Origin: a virus
Taxonomy: Duplodnaviria; Caudoviricetes
Virus record (IMG/VR): IMGVR_UViG_3300021255_002891
Coordinates: 1-64,000 of that record
Length of the DNA stretch: 64,000 nt
Reading direction: 5' to 3' (one strand)
The notes under the pieces were generated by a model that was not told the origin of the DNA, ran no database searches, and was given only the letters and a program-made list of their open reading frames with translations. Both the position numbers and the translations under genes were made by a program. Below are positions 1 to 7,147 of this stretch, one piece after another; the stretch's first letter is position 1; each line of letters opens with the position of its first letter.

Positions 1-314
1 CTTGGTGTTATTTCTGCCCTCCACATTATCTTACTTCCCACTGTAACGGTAGGTGAAGGAGTATTAGCGGCTAATTCTGTCCAAGTAGCCCCACCATCTA
101 TAGAATAGTTAATTGCTTTAGTAAATTGGAACGTACCATCTTCTAATGCTTCAAATGTCAGATAATCTTGTGAATAATCATGCGGAATAAATGCGTTATA
201 ATGTACCTCAACCTCTTCTTTGCAATGTGACACATTAGGTTTTATAAATTCAGTTGACGCTGTATAAGCTGTATACTGATTATGATTCTCAAATAGTTTT
301 AAATATAAACTCAT
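1..314 (-). CDS. N-terminal part of a probable virion/surface protein (runs off the left edge)
   Basis: Not in the ORF track. Manual translation from ATG at 314 gives MSLYLKLFENHNQYTAYTASTEFIKPNVSHC...YSIDGGATWTELAANT, open to position 1. It is preceded by TATTTATA at 334-341. I recall this N-terminus from adhesin-like proteins of Bacteroidota phages (not verified). Confidence 0.6.
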   Translation of the reverse strand, partial: MSLYLKLFENHNQYTAYTASTEFIKPNVSHCKEEVEVHYNAFIPHDYSQDYLTFEALEDGTFQFTKAINYSIDGGATWTELAANTPSPTVTVGSKIMWRAEITP

Positions 315-354
315 AATTCTAATATATTTTCTATATAAATATCAATATGAGAAT

Positions 355-394
355 AAAAAATGAGGAACTGCATAAGCAATTCCTCATTTTTTTT
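355..394. terminator. Rho-independent terminator hairpin
   Basis: AAAAAATGAGGAA-CTGC-ATAA-GCAA-TTCCTCATTTTTT, with A/T runs on both sides; ends the 384..764 gene. Confidence 0.75.
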
Positions 395-764
395 GTTTTC
401 TTCTTTCCTCTAATTTTTCCTTTATAAGCTTTCTTTGCAGCCTCTCGGCTAATACATCACCATGACATGCTAAAGGCTTACAGAAACATTGTAAATACAC
501 GTCCTCGCCATTTTTATAGTGTTTGTATATCTCATCAAATGCTTTTGTAAGTTCTTCATCAACCCCATACATCTTATCGAAATACTTCTCATATGCCTCT
601 ATAGCCTCTTCTCTTGTTTTCAAAGACAGCTTTGCTATGCTTGTTCTAACGCCATTATATGTAAACGGATTTCCCAATGGGTTTCCGTCTTTTGAACGGC
701 CTATGTAGTAATTGTTTTCCTTTGACGTAAAATCTTCATTGTGCGAGTTGTAAACGTATATCAT
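384..764 (-). CDS. DUF4326 family protein
   Basis: YYIGR...GNPF...L.CFCKPLACHGDVL signature. Confidence 0.85.
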   Translation of the reverse strand: MIYVYNSHNEDFTSKENNYYIGRSKDGNPLGNPFTYNGVRTSIAKLSLKTREEAIEAYEKYFDKMYGVDEELTKAFDEIYKHYKNGEDVYLQCFCKPLACHGDVLAERLQRKLIKEKLEERRKQKK

Positions 765-1266
765 CTTTTAACTTAAAATTATAAGTCTCACCCTTTTTGA
801 AAGGGCTGTTAATTTTCTTTTCGCTGTCATCTATATATTCCCTCAAGAACTTGTTCCAAAGGTGCTTGTAATAATTAACATACATTCCAATACCTTTGTA
901 TTCAAGCCACACCACTTTTCTTTTTCTACTAAGAAGAGGTTTTCCAGTAAATAAACTTTTTATTTCTTTAGTGTATTCCTTACCCTCATGTTCACTGCGC
1001 CATGTATCCCTAATGAGTTTATATCTAGGATTCTTATAAAACTTTTTTGTCAAATTTGGTGCAAGTATGAACAATCTAGTCATAAAGTTATTAAGTGCCC
1101 TATTATTCCTAGAAAGATACCCTTCAACAAAATCGTTCTTGTAAAGCCTCCTTTTCTTGAAATACTTATTTCCATTATTATACATAATGGTGTTTCTGAA
1201 AAACATATATTCCTCGTGTGTAAGGCATTTCTTCAAAAACATTAAAAATACTTGTGTAGCGGTCAT
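736..1266 (-). CDS. hypothetical protein
   Basis: 176-aa ORF; its start overlaps the stop of the upstream gene (ATGA-type coupling). Confidence 0.7.
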   Translation of the reverse strand: MTATQVFLMFLKKCLTHEEYMFFRNTIMYNNGNKYFKKRRLYKNDFVEGYLSRNNRALNNFMTRLFILAPNLTKKFYKNPRYKLIRDTWRSEHEGKEYTKEIKSLFTGKPLLSRKRKVVWLEYKGIGMYVNYYKHLWNKFLREYIDDSEKKINSPFKKGETYNFKLKDDIRLQLAQ

Positions 1267-1469
1267 ACCAAACTGTTATCAATATATTTCAACCAAGTGT
1301 TAATCTCTTCTGGACTTTTTTTACTCAGTTTGTTGATAATTGATGCCATTGCATTTTTATCAATCTTCTCACCATTGAACTTCTCAGCCATTTCAAATGC
1401 AGCATCAATCTGTTCTTTAGGAACGTTGAGCATTGATGCTACAGCCTTTTTCAAAAATATGTTGTTCAT
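1263..1469 (-). CDS. hypothetical protein
   Basis: 68-aa ORF directly downstream of a Bacteroidota-type promoter. Confidence 0.7.
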   Translation of the reverse strand: MNNIFLKKAVASMLNVPKEQIDAAFEMAEKFNGEKIDKNAMASIINKLSKKSPEEINTWLKYIDNSLV

Positions 1470-1495
1470 AACTATAGAAATTTTATTACTTTATG

Positions 1496-1527
1496 CAAAG
1501 ATATAAAAAATTATTCTAAATCCCAAA
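1496..1527 (-). promoter_or_regulatory. Bacteroidota sigma-A promoter (-33 TTTG / -7 TAnnTTTG)
   Basis: Minus strand TTTG (1524-1527), 20 nt, TATCTTTG (1496-1503). Confidence 0.8.
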
Positions 1528-1529
1528 AT

Positions 1530-1700
1530 TTAGAACTCATTTTTAATCTTATCTAACGATTCATACAAATCTTTTATCTCTTCTCTGTCTAGAGTAATAA
1601 CGTCAATATAATGTCCGTACTTGTCATATATTGTCATTTCATATTTTCTTTCATATGAATCATACTCTATTTCTAACTTATCACTCGTAAATACATTCAT
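1530..1700 (-). CDS. small acidic hypothetical protein (56 aa)
   Basis: Manual translation MNVFTSDKLEIEYDSYERKYEMTIYDKYGHYIDVITLDREEIKDLYESLDKIKNEF; fills the gap between neighbouring genes. Confidence 0.7.
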   Translation of the reverse strand: MNVFTSDKLEIEYDSYERKYEMTIYDKYGHYIDVITLDREEIKDLYESLDKIKNEF

Positions 1701-1722
1701 AATTTTTTCATTTTAAAAATGT

Positions 1723-2598
1723 TTATCTTTTTCTCATTAAACTATTTCTTCTTTGGTCATATGTCATACCATATCTGTCATTAACCTCATAAGCCTCCAT
1801 TTCGCCCTTATTAGAATAATAATTATCGTTCTCAATTTCATCAAAAGTTGGATAATTATCTAATCTATTTTTAGCATCTTTAATATAGTCATCTATACTT
1901 TCTCCACTTTGAACCCATAATGCAATATCCACAAACAATTTCCTTTCCATAGAATCTTTATTGTATGATTTTGCTATATTATAGATTTCTCTCCACTCAA
2001 GACCATCAACTCTTTTTGCCAATTCAATACTAGCCTTTAAACCGTCTATGACATTATTATATACCAATATATTTGGAACTGGTGCTCCAGAATTCCAATT
2101 TTCATACCTTTGTATTAAATGCTGTATTTCATGTTGAATCGTTAAATCACATTCTTTTTTTAAAAATTCTAATGGCAAATCTGACTTACTTTCCCACCAT
2201 AATAAAGATGGAGGTATTTGTATTCCTTGACCATTAGAACTTGCAAAATTGCTGTCATTATCATACTTTATCTTTACTGTAGCTTGTTTCAAACTTGGAT
2301 ACCATCTATACAAATCATCATCATCCCATAAATCAGATAAAACTCTTATGCTAGAAATGGGAACTTGCTTTACCGTTCCATCAACGCCTTCATATTTCCA
2401 ATTGCCATCATACCCTATCTCCCATCCAGTAGTTTGTTTTATTTTAAGAGGATTTTCGTTTTTCTCCATCATTGTTTTGGCATTTTGCAATGCCAACATT
2501 TCTATAGATTCACTCCCTAAATTAGCAAGACCACGCTCACCTCTAAATGATTCCGTAAATAACTTTTTGAATTTACTTTCTGTAAGTATAATAACCAT
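1723..2598 (-). CDS. LPD23-like domain plus zincin-like metallopeptidase, with [ILV]xE leader (probable internal head protein)
   Basis: AKTMMEK...IKQTTGWEIGYDGNWKYE matches the LPD23 pattern. HEIQH is an HExxH motif, with a downstream GEMEA Glu. The N-terminus is MVIILTESKFKKLFTES. Confidence 0.7.
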   Translation of the reverse strand: MVIILTESKFKKLFTESFRGERGLANLGSESIEMLALQNAKTMMEKNENPLKIKQTTGWEIGYDGNWKYEGVDGTVKQVPISSIRVLSDLWDDDDLYRWYPSLKQATVKIKYDNDSNFASSNGQGIQIPPSLLWWESKSDLPLEFLKKECDLTIQHEIQHLIQRYENWNSGAPVPNILVYNNVIDGLKASIELAKRVDGLEWREIYNIAKSYNKDSMERKLFVDIALWVQSGESIDDYIKDAKNRLDNYPTFDEIENDNYYSNKGEMEAYEVNDRYGMTYDQRRNSLMRKR

Positions 2599-2635
2599 AT
2601 AAAATAAATTTTATATAAATAGTCAAATAAAAATA

Positions 2636-2670
2636 AAAAAAAGTGCCACTATCTTCACAGACAATGACAC
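2636..2670 (-). terminator. Rho-independent terminator with GNRA loop
   Basis: Minus strand GTGTCATTGTCT-GTGA-AGATAGTGGCAC-TTTTTT (12-bp stem including G-U pairs). Confidence 0.75.
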
Positions 2671-2701
2671 CATACTATGAAAAAAACAATTCATCGATTT
2701 T

Positions 2702-2905
2702 TCAATCCCAACCCCATATTTCATGCGACATTGGAAACCTCATGGCCATGCGTTTCAACGACTCGTCAATAAACCATCTTTTCTTGCGGAAAAACCACTT
2801 GAACTTATTGTGTTTACCGCCCATTACATGAGCCACCCACCTCCTACTATGAGGTGTTTTATTCCAAAACCTTTTAGGAGTTTTATACTTTTTACCCTTA
2901 GACAT
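2702..2905 (-). CDS. small basic hypothetical protein (67 aa)
   Basis: MSKGKKYKTPKRFWNK...EIWGWD. Start moved to the ATG at 2905 because the tracked ORF extension runs through the tRNA-Gln. Confidence 0.6.
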   Translation of the reverse strand: MSKGKKYKTPKRFWNKTPHSRRWVAHVMGGKHNKFKWFFRKKRWFIDESLKRMAMRFPMSHEIWGWD

Positions 2906-2920
2906 AGTAAACAAATTTAG

Positions 2921-2991
2921 TTGGACATAGAGGAATCGAACCTCTACCCTGACAGCCAAAATGTCATGTGCGACCATCACACTGATGTCCA
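2921..2991 (-). tRNA. tRNA-Gln(UUG), non-canonical core, CCA not encoded
   Basis: TGGACAT/ATGTCCA acceptor stem, GTGT/GCAC D stem, TGACA-TTTTGGC-TGTCA anticodon arm, AGAGG-TTCGATT-CCTCT T arm. Confidence 0.92.
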
Positions 2992-3006
2992 ATGATTACC
3001 AAATTA

Positions 3007-3744
3007 TTACGTGTCAATTAAACCATATTTTATTAAATAATTCTTAATGGTTGTTCTTGAAACGTTTTTTTCTTTTGCCATATTAGTAAATGTAGCATGT
3101 CTGCTCATTAATTCCTCTAATTCATCTTTTGTAAAAGATATGCTATTATGGGCTTTTTCTGAACATTCACTAGAACAATATTTCCTATTTTTCTTTCCGT
3201 GAAATTCTTTCCCACAATACAAACAAATATGTTTTGATTTATCAATTGTTTCGTATTCTGGTTTTTTCTTTCTTACTTCTGTTCTTTTTTTATAAGAATC
3301 AGTTTGGGAATGACAGTTAGGGCATAATATTTGCAAATTTTCTAATGAGTTGTTATAATGATTACCATCTATATGGTGAAGTTCTAGAGTTAAATGTTTG
3401 CCTTGCCAAGTTTCGTCACACCCACATATTTCACATCTTCTTTCTTTATATCCTAATTTAAAGAGTTTATCTTTTAAATTTGGTGTTCTTATTCCAAGTT
3501 CGTTAGAAAATACTTTTTCTATTGGTATAACACTAACCCTAGGGTCATTTGTTTCTGTTTTACCTTTATTCCATAATTGTCCAGTAAAATGTGTTGTATC
3601 TAAATCATATTTAACGATATACTTTTTTAAAGTATGAAAATTAGACCCAACATCAACCAAACCAATTTTTCTTAGCACTTCAGCATAACTAAATGATTCT
3701 TTAACAACTTTTTCTAAATTTTCTTTTTTATAATACTCTTTCAT
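3007..3744 (-). CDS. free-standing HNH endonuclease
   Basis: CEIC...LELHHIDGNHYNNSLENLQILCPNCHSQT, followed by a second zinc ribbon (CLYC...YCSSEC) and a C-terminal HTH-like segment. Confidence 0.9.
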   Translation of the reverse strand: MKEYYKKENLEKVVKESFSYAEVLRKIGLVDVGSNFHTLKKYIVKYDLDTTHFTGQLWNKGKTETNDPRVSVIPIEKVFSNELGIRTPNLKDKLFKLGYKERRCEICGCDETWQGKHLTLELHHIDGNHYNNSLENLQILCPNCHSQTDSYKKRTEVRKKKPEYETIDKSKHICLYCGKEFHGKKNRKYCSSECSEKAHNSISFTKDELEELMSRHATFTNMAKEKNVSRTTIKNYLIKYGLIDT

Positions 3745-3818
3745 ATATTTATCCTTTTATAAATAAATATAATTTAAGTATTAAAAATCAACAGTTGCGT
3801 CTACCTTTTTTCACAAAG

Positions 3819-3911
3819 TGAGCGAGAGGGGAATCGAACCCCCATAGGACTTATTTGTATGCCCATTGGTTTTTAAGACCAACTTGTCTAACCAAATTGC
3901 AACACTCGCCC
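3819..3911 (-). tRNA. tRNA-Leu(UAA)
   Basis: GGGCGAG/CTCGCTC acceptor stem, TTGGT-CTTAAAA-ACCAA anticodon arm, long variable arm, GGGGG-TTCGATT-CCCCT T arm, A73. Confidence 0.9.
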
Positions 3912-3928
3912 ATATATTATCATTTTTG

Positions 3929-4014
3929 TACCTTCGGTGGGAGTCGAACCCACAATGTCCTTTCGGAACACTACATCCTTAGTGTAGCCTCTATACCAAT
4001 TCGAGTACGAAGGC
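3929..4014 (-). tRNA. tRNA-Leu(AAG), A34 anticodon
   Basis: GCCTTCG/CGAAGGT acceptor stem, CTC/GAG D stem, CTACA-CTAAGGA-TGTAG anticodon arm, long variable arm with GAAA loop, GTGGG-TTCGACT-CCCAC T arm, A73. Confidence 0.92.
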
Positions 4015-4023
4015 ATATTTTTG

Positions 4024-4111
4024 TAGCTCTGATTGGATTCGAACCAACACAAGGATTACTCCTTCCTCATTTTGAGTGAGGTGCGTCTCAACCAAATTGC
4101 GCCACAGAGCC
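4024..4111 (-). tRNA. tRNA-Leu(CAA)
   Basis: GGCTCTG/CAGAGCT acceptor stem, CCTCA-CTCAAAA-TGAGG anticodon arm, AAGGA-GTAA-TCCTT variable arm, GTTGG-TTCGAAT-CCAAT T arm, A73. Confidence 0.92.
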
Positions 4112-4155
4112 ATACAAAATTTGCACCGCAAACCATTCCCTTATGATTCACGATG

Positions 4156-4187
4156 CAAATATATGAAAAATTTTTCAATTAACCAAA
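4156..4187 (-). promoter_or_regulatory. Bacteroidota sigma-A promoter driving the tRNA-Leu cluster
   Basis: Minus strand TTTG (4184-4187), 20 nt, TATATTTG (4156-4163). Confidence 0.8.
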
Positions 4188-4201
4188 CAATTTAGAAGTT
4201 T

Positions 4202-4336
4202 TTAACGAATAATTCTCTTTTCGCTTCTTCTTGACCTTCCACTTTCATTCAGAGGTCTGCTTGGATTTGGATTAGCTGAAACTACCTTGTTTGCTGTTGT
4301 AGTATTAGCCTTGTTTTTCTGACAACCACATGCCAT
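4202..4336 (-). CDS. 44-aa basic microprotein with N-terminal CxC (MACGCQK...)
   Basis: Manual translation MACGCQKNKANTTTANKVVSANPNPSRPLNESGRSRRSEKRIIR. Confidence 0.65.
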   Translation of the reverse strand: MACGCQKNKANTTTANKVVSANPNPSRPLNESGRSRRSEKRIIR

Positions 4337-4383
4337 AATTCAATATATTTTAATAACGTTATTTTTTTTTGCATCGAGTCATA

Positions 4384-4482
4384 TTATGCCAATCCTTGCA
4401 AGAGTCCTTGGAGTACCCTTGCATAGCTACGTTGTAACAATAAGTTACGAATTTCTGACTCAATTGCTATAATTTTATTCAT
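4384..4482 (-). CDS. possible 32-aa microprotein
   Basis: MNKIIAIESEIRNLLLQRSYARVLQGLLQGLA, 20 nt downstream of TATTTATA (4503-4510); the region could instead be non-coding. Confidence 0.35.
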   Translation of the reverse strand: MNKIIAIESEIRNLLLQRSYARVLQGLLQGLA

Positions 4483-4530
4483 TGTTTAAATACTTTTGCT
4501 ATTATAAATATAATGAACTTCGAAAAACAA

Positions 4531-4638
4531 TCAATATTTATTGATTTTTTTCGTAATATCAGAATTAACTATTTTAACATATCTGTACATTGCATATTCA
4601 GCAGCCACAAACACTACTACAACAAAAACGTTAGTCAT
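4531..4638 (-). CDS. 35-aa membrane microprotein
   Basis: MTNVFVVVVFVAAEYAMYRYVKIVNSDITKKINKY; ATGA overlap with the stop of 4635..5156. Confidence 0.6.
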   Translation of the reverse strand: MTNVFVVVVFVAAEYAMYRYVKIVNSDITKKINKY

Positions 4639-5156
4639 TTTATTTTAAAATATTCTTCTTTTTGATTTGCGTATTCTAACACTTTTTTCCTTATCACCAA
4701 AATATCATTGGTATCATACAACGGAATGTCATAACTCCTACAAACGACTTTAACGTTATCATACCTATAGAAATTTGGATTGCAGAACACAATCATCTTA
4801 TGTTGCCTTGCAAACAATCCAATCTCCATCAGTGATATTGGAGATTTTGAATTTGGTAATATATTCATCACTATAAGGTCAGCCCTTTCAAGATGATATA
4901 ATTCCCATTCTATTTGCTTCTCTATTTCCGCATGGTCACTACTGCTAGGCCATTCTTCCCTTCTTGGATTATAAATCATAATAGGATGAACCGTATCATG
5001 TTCGTTTAGCTCATCTATCAACGCTTTTTGCCAATTCACAGAATCACCATTGTCAATAGTTCCTGCTATAAATAGATTTAACGGTATCTTTCCATCTATG
5101 GAATATATACCGTTATCCCACTCATGCGGTGGCGTAAATACTTTGTTCTTTTTCAT
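4635..5156 (-). CDS. nucleoside 2-deoxyribosyltransferase-like protein (Nuc_deoxyri_tr2 family)
   Basis: LFIAGTID..NWQ, IYNPRR, QIEWELYHLERAD, KSPISLMEIGL, NFYRYDNV motifs. Confidence 0.85.
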   Translation of the reverse strand: MKKNKVFTPPHEWDNGIYSIDGKIPLNLFIAGTIDNGDSVNWQKALIDELNEHDTVHPIMIYNPRREEWPSSSDHAEIEKQIEWELYHLERADLIVMNILPNSKSPISLMEIGLFARQHKMIVFCNPNFYRYDNVKVVCRSYDIPLYDTNDILVIRKKVLEYANQKEEYFKIK

Positions 5157-5163
5157 AACAGTG

Positions 5164-5195
5164 CAAATATATAGATTTTAAATGAAAAATCCAAA
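5164..5195 (-). promoter_or_regulatory. Bacteroidota sigma-A promoter
   Basis: Minus strand TTTG (5192-5195), 20 nt, TATATTTG (5164-5171). Confidence 0.8.
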
Positions 5196-5200
5196 TAAAA

Positions 5201-5881
5201 TTATGACTTCTTAGAAGGAACTAACACCTTATCAGCGATACCTAAATCAACAGCCTCTTGTCCGATAAACCACTTATCCCTATCACACAGATTTTCTATT
5301 TCTTCAAATGTGTGATTGGTATTGGCTGCAAGGATATTATATATATCTTCTTGGCATCTTATAGTTTGTTCCATTTCAATTTTAATGTCGGCAGTATGAC
5401 CTCTGAATCCGCTTGAAACTGAATGAATCATCACTCTGCTATGAGGAAGGACAAACCTCTTTCCTTTCGCACCATTACTTAACAACACTGCGCCCATTGA
5501 TGCTGCCATTCCTATACATGTGGTTGAAATGCCACAAGGAATGTAGTTCATTGTGTCTATAAGACCTAGGCCATCTACAACAGAACCACCAGGACTGTTA
5601 ATATACATATTGATGTCTCTCTCATCAACTGATGACAAATAAAGCAACTGTGCAACAGCAGTGTTACAACTCTCTTCATTCACCTCTCCAGTGAAATAGA
5701 TGATTCTATCATACATCAACCTTGAAAACACATCAAATGTTGCAACATTAAGCTGTCTTTCCTCAAGAATATAAGGGGTCAGCATATTATTGGCCTTTTT
5801 AATTTGGTCATCTAAAACTGATGCATTAACGTTAGTGTTGCTAATAGCAAACTTTCTAAAATCTTTTGTTAAATTTTCCAT
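5201..5881 (-). CDS. clpP: ATP-dependent Clp protease proteolytic subunit
   Basis: DVFSRLMYDRII, YINSPGGSV, GMAASMGAVLL (catalytic Ser), SRVMIH (His), CDRDKW (Asp), GIADKV. Confidence 0.95.
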   Translation of the reverse strand: MENLTKDFRKFAISNTNVNASVLDDQIKKANNMLTPYILEERQLNVATFDVFSRLMYDRIIYFTGEVNEESCNTAVAQLLYLSSVDERDINMYINSPGGSVVDGLGLIDTMNYIPCGISTTCIGMAASMGAVLLSNGAKGKRFVLPHSRVMIHSVSSGFRGHTADIKIEMEQTIRCQEDIYNILAANTNHTFEEIENLCDRDKWFIGQEAVDLGIADKVLVPSKKS

Positions 5882-5933
5882 AACTTAATCTGTAAATTGT
5901 TTTATTAAAACGCCAAAGGCATAAATTCAGTTT

Positions 5934-6827
5934 TCATTTTCCTCTTTCTTTCGGATAATCGTACACTTTATTCAACTCAAGAAACTTCTTCCTTAACTGT
6001 TTTGTTTCCCTCTTGTCTCTACCCAAGACAAACGCATACTTATGTTTATTTGGGAATATTACCTTTTCAGCGTTTTTGAACATTTCTTTAGAATATTCCC
6101 TAAGTCTTTTTTCCACATCATCTGGAATATTATTCCATAAAACACTAGACCTATCATTCCAATTTGATTGCCATTCTATACCCAAATCTTTTGCATATCG
6201 TTTAAACATACTTCTAGACCTAAACGTCCTGTCAGAAATTAAAGAATTTGGATTATATGGGTTTATGGCCTTTACAGTAGTTCCGCTAGCTTGCCCCAAA
6301 TAATAGAAATTAAGACCTTGATATATGCTCCCTATCTCATTCGCTTGGACATCGCTATAACAAGTAAATAACCTATAAGGAGTGTTGTTTACCATCCACT
6401 TAATGCACCACATAAGGAACTTACTACCTAAATTGAAAGGACACCATGAAGCAGAAGCACCTCTAGTTATTAAAGCTTCAATGTTCTCTGTCCCCTCACC
6501 TAACAGTTTAGAAAATGCATTAGGTGGACTCATTATAATAACACCGCCCAATATTCCCTTATATCTTGCCGTAAACCAAGCCATAGGAAAACCGCTTACA
6601 TCACCAAGCCATTCATACCTTTTTATGAAATCAATACATTCTTTCTTTTCTTCTTTTGACGTGACATTAGAAAATACAAAATCATCTAATTTTATATTAG
6701 AAATAAATTCATCGTTCCACCCTAAAATTTTTTTATCTTCTTCTATTGTATCTAATCGTCTTTGATATTGGTAACACCAAGGTTTATCATAGGTTTTTAT
6801 TTGTTCAAGTAATTTAATATCGCTCAT
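5934..6827 (-). CDS. Mom-like (GNAT-fold) DNA adenine-modification protein
   Basis: FIKRYEWLG, LITRGASASWCPFNLGSKFL, CYSDVQANEIGSIYQGLNFYYLG resemble the Mom-family YAD...G.IYQA.NF.Y.G motif. Confidence 0.7.
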   Translation of the reverse strand: MSDIKLLEQIKTYDKPWCYQYQRRLDTIEEDKKILGWNDEFISNIKLDDFVFSNVTSKEEKKECIDFIKRYEWLGDVSGFPMAWFTARYKGILGGVIIMSPPNAFSKLLGEGTENIEALITRGASASWCPFNLGSKFLMWCIKWMVNNTPYRLFTCYSDVQANEIGSIYQGLNFYYLGQASGTTVKAINPYNPNSLISDRTFRSRSMFKRYAKDLGIEWQSNWNDRSSVLWNNIPDDVEKRLREYSKEMFKNAEKVIFPNKHKYAFVLGRDKRETKQLRKKFLELNKVYDYPKERGK

Positions 6828-7130
6828 TTAACTTTTTCTTTTAACACCTATTGTACAATAAAAAACATCATCCAAAGAATCATTTTCCATTTTTATCATC
6901 CAAGCATCAAATCCATTTACAGACAAACCATCAAAAGTTCTTGTCAAACCTTTCAAGTAATTTATCCAATTTCCGTTTCCATTAAGTCCGCCAGTAAGTT
7001 TAACAATAAATGTTCCATATTCGTCAACAATATAATCAGATGCAAATATATTACTGTCTTCTAACCTATAAGACTCAACTAGTGACTTAACATCACCCCA
7101 AAGTCCTACCAAATCTAAATTCTCATTCAT
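6828..7130 (-). CDS. hypothetical protein
   Basis: 100-aa ORF in a tight operon. Confidence 0.7.
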   Translation of the reverse strand: MNENLDLVGLWGDVKSLVESYRLEDSNIFASDYIVDEYGTFIVKLTGGLNGNGNWINYLKGLTRTFDGLSVNGFDAWMIKMENDSLDDVFYCTIGVKRKS

Positions 7131-7147
7131 TTTTTTTTTGCCTAACT

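Noticed and set aside
334-341. TATAAATA as a T4 gp55-type late promoter
   Set aside because: At the sites I examined, TATAAATA is on the non-coding strand relative to the adjacent gene. The coding-strand motif is its reverse complement, TATTTATA.
2906-2992. N-terminal extension of tracked ORF 2702..2992
   Set aside because: It runs through the tRNA-Gln gene; the ATG at 2905 is the plausible start.
4340-4500. Structured ncRNA or alternative Cys-containing reading frame upstream of the MACGC gene
   Set aside because: I could not build a convincing fold or find a good start for the alternative frame; only the low-confidence 32-aa ORF is reported.
5201-5881. ClpP as the prohead maturation protease
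   Set aside because: It resembles housekeeping ClpP along its whole length, sits in a host-promoter operon away from head genes, and ClpP would not explain the Glu-ending motifs. Not fully excluded.
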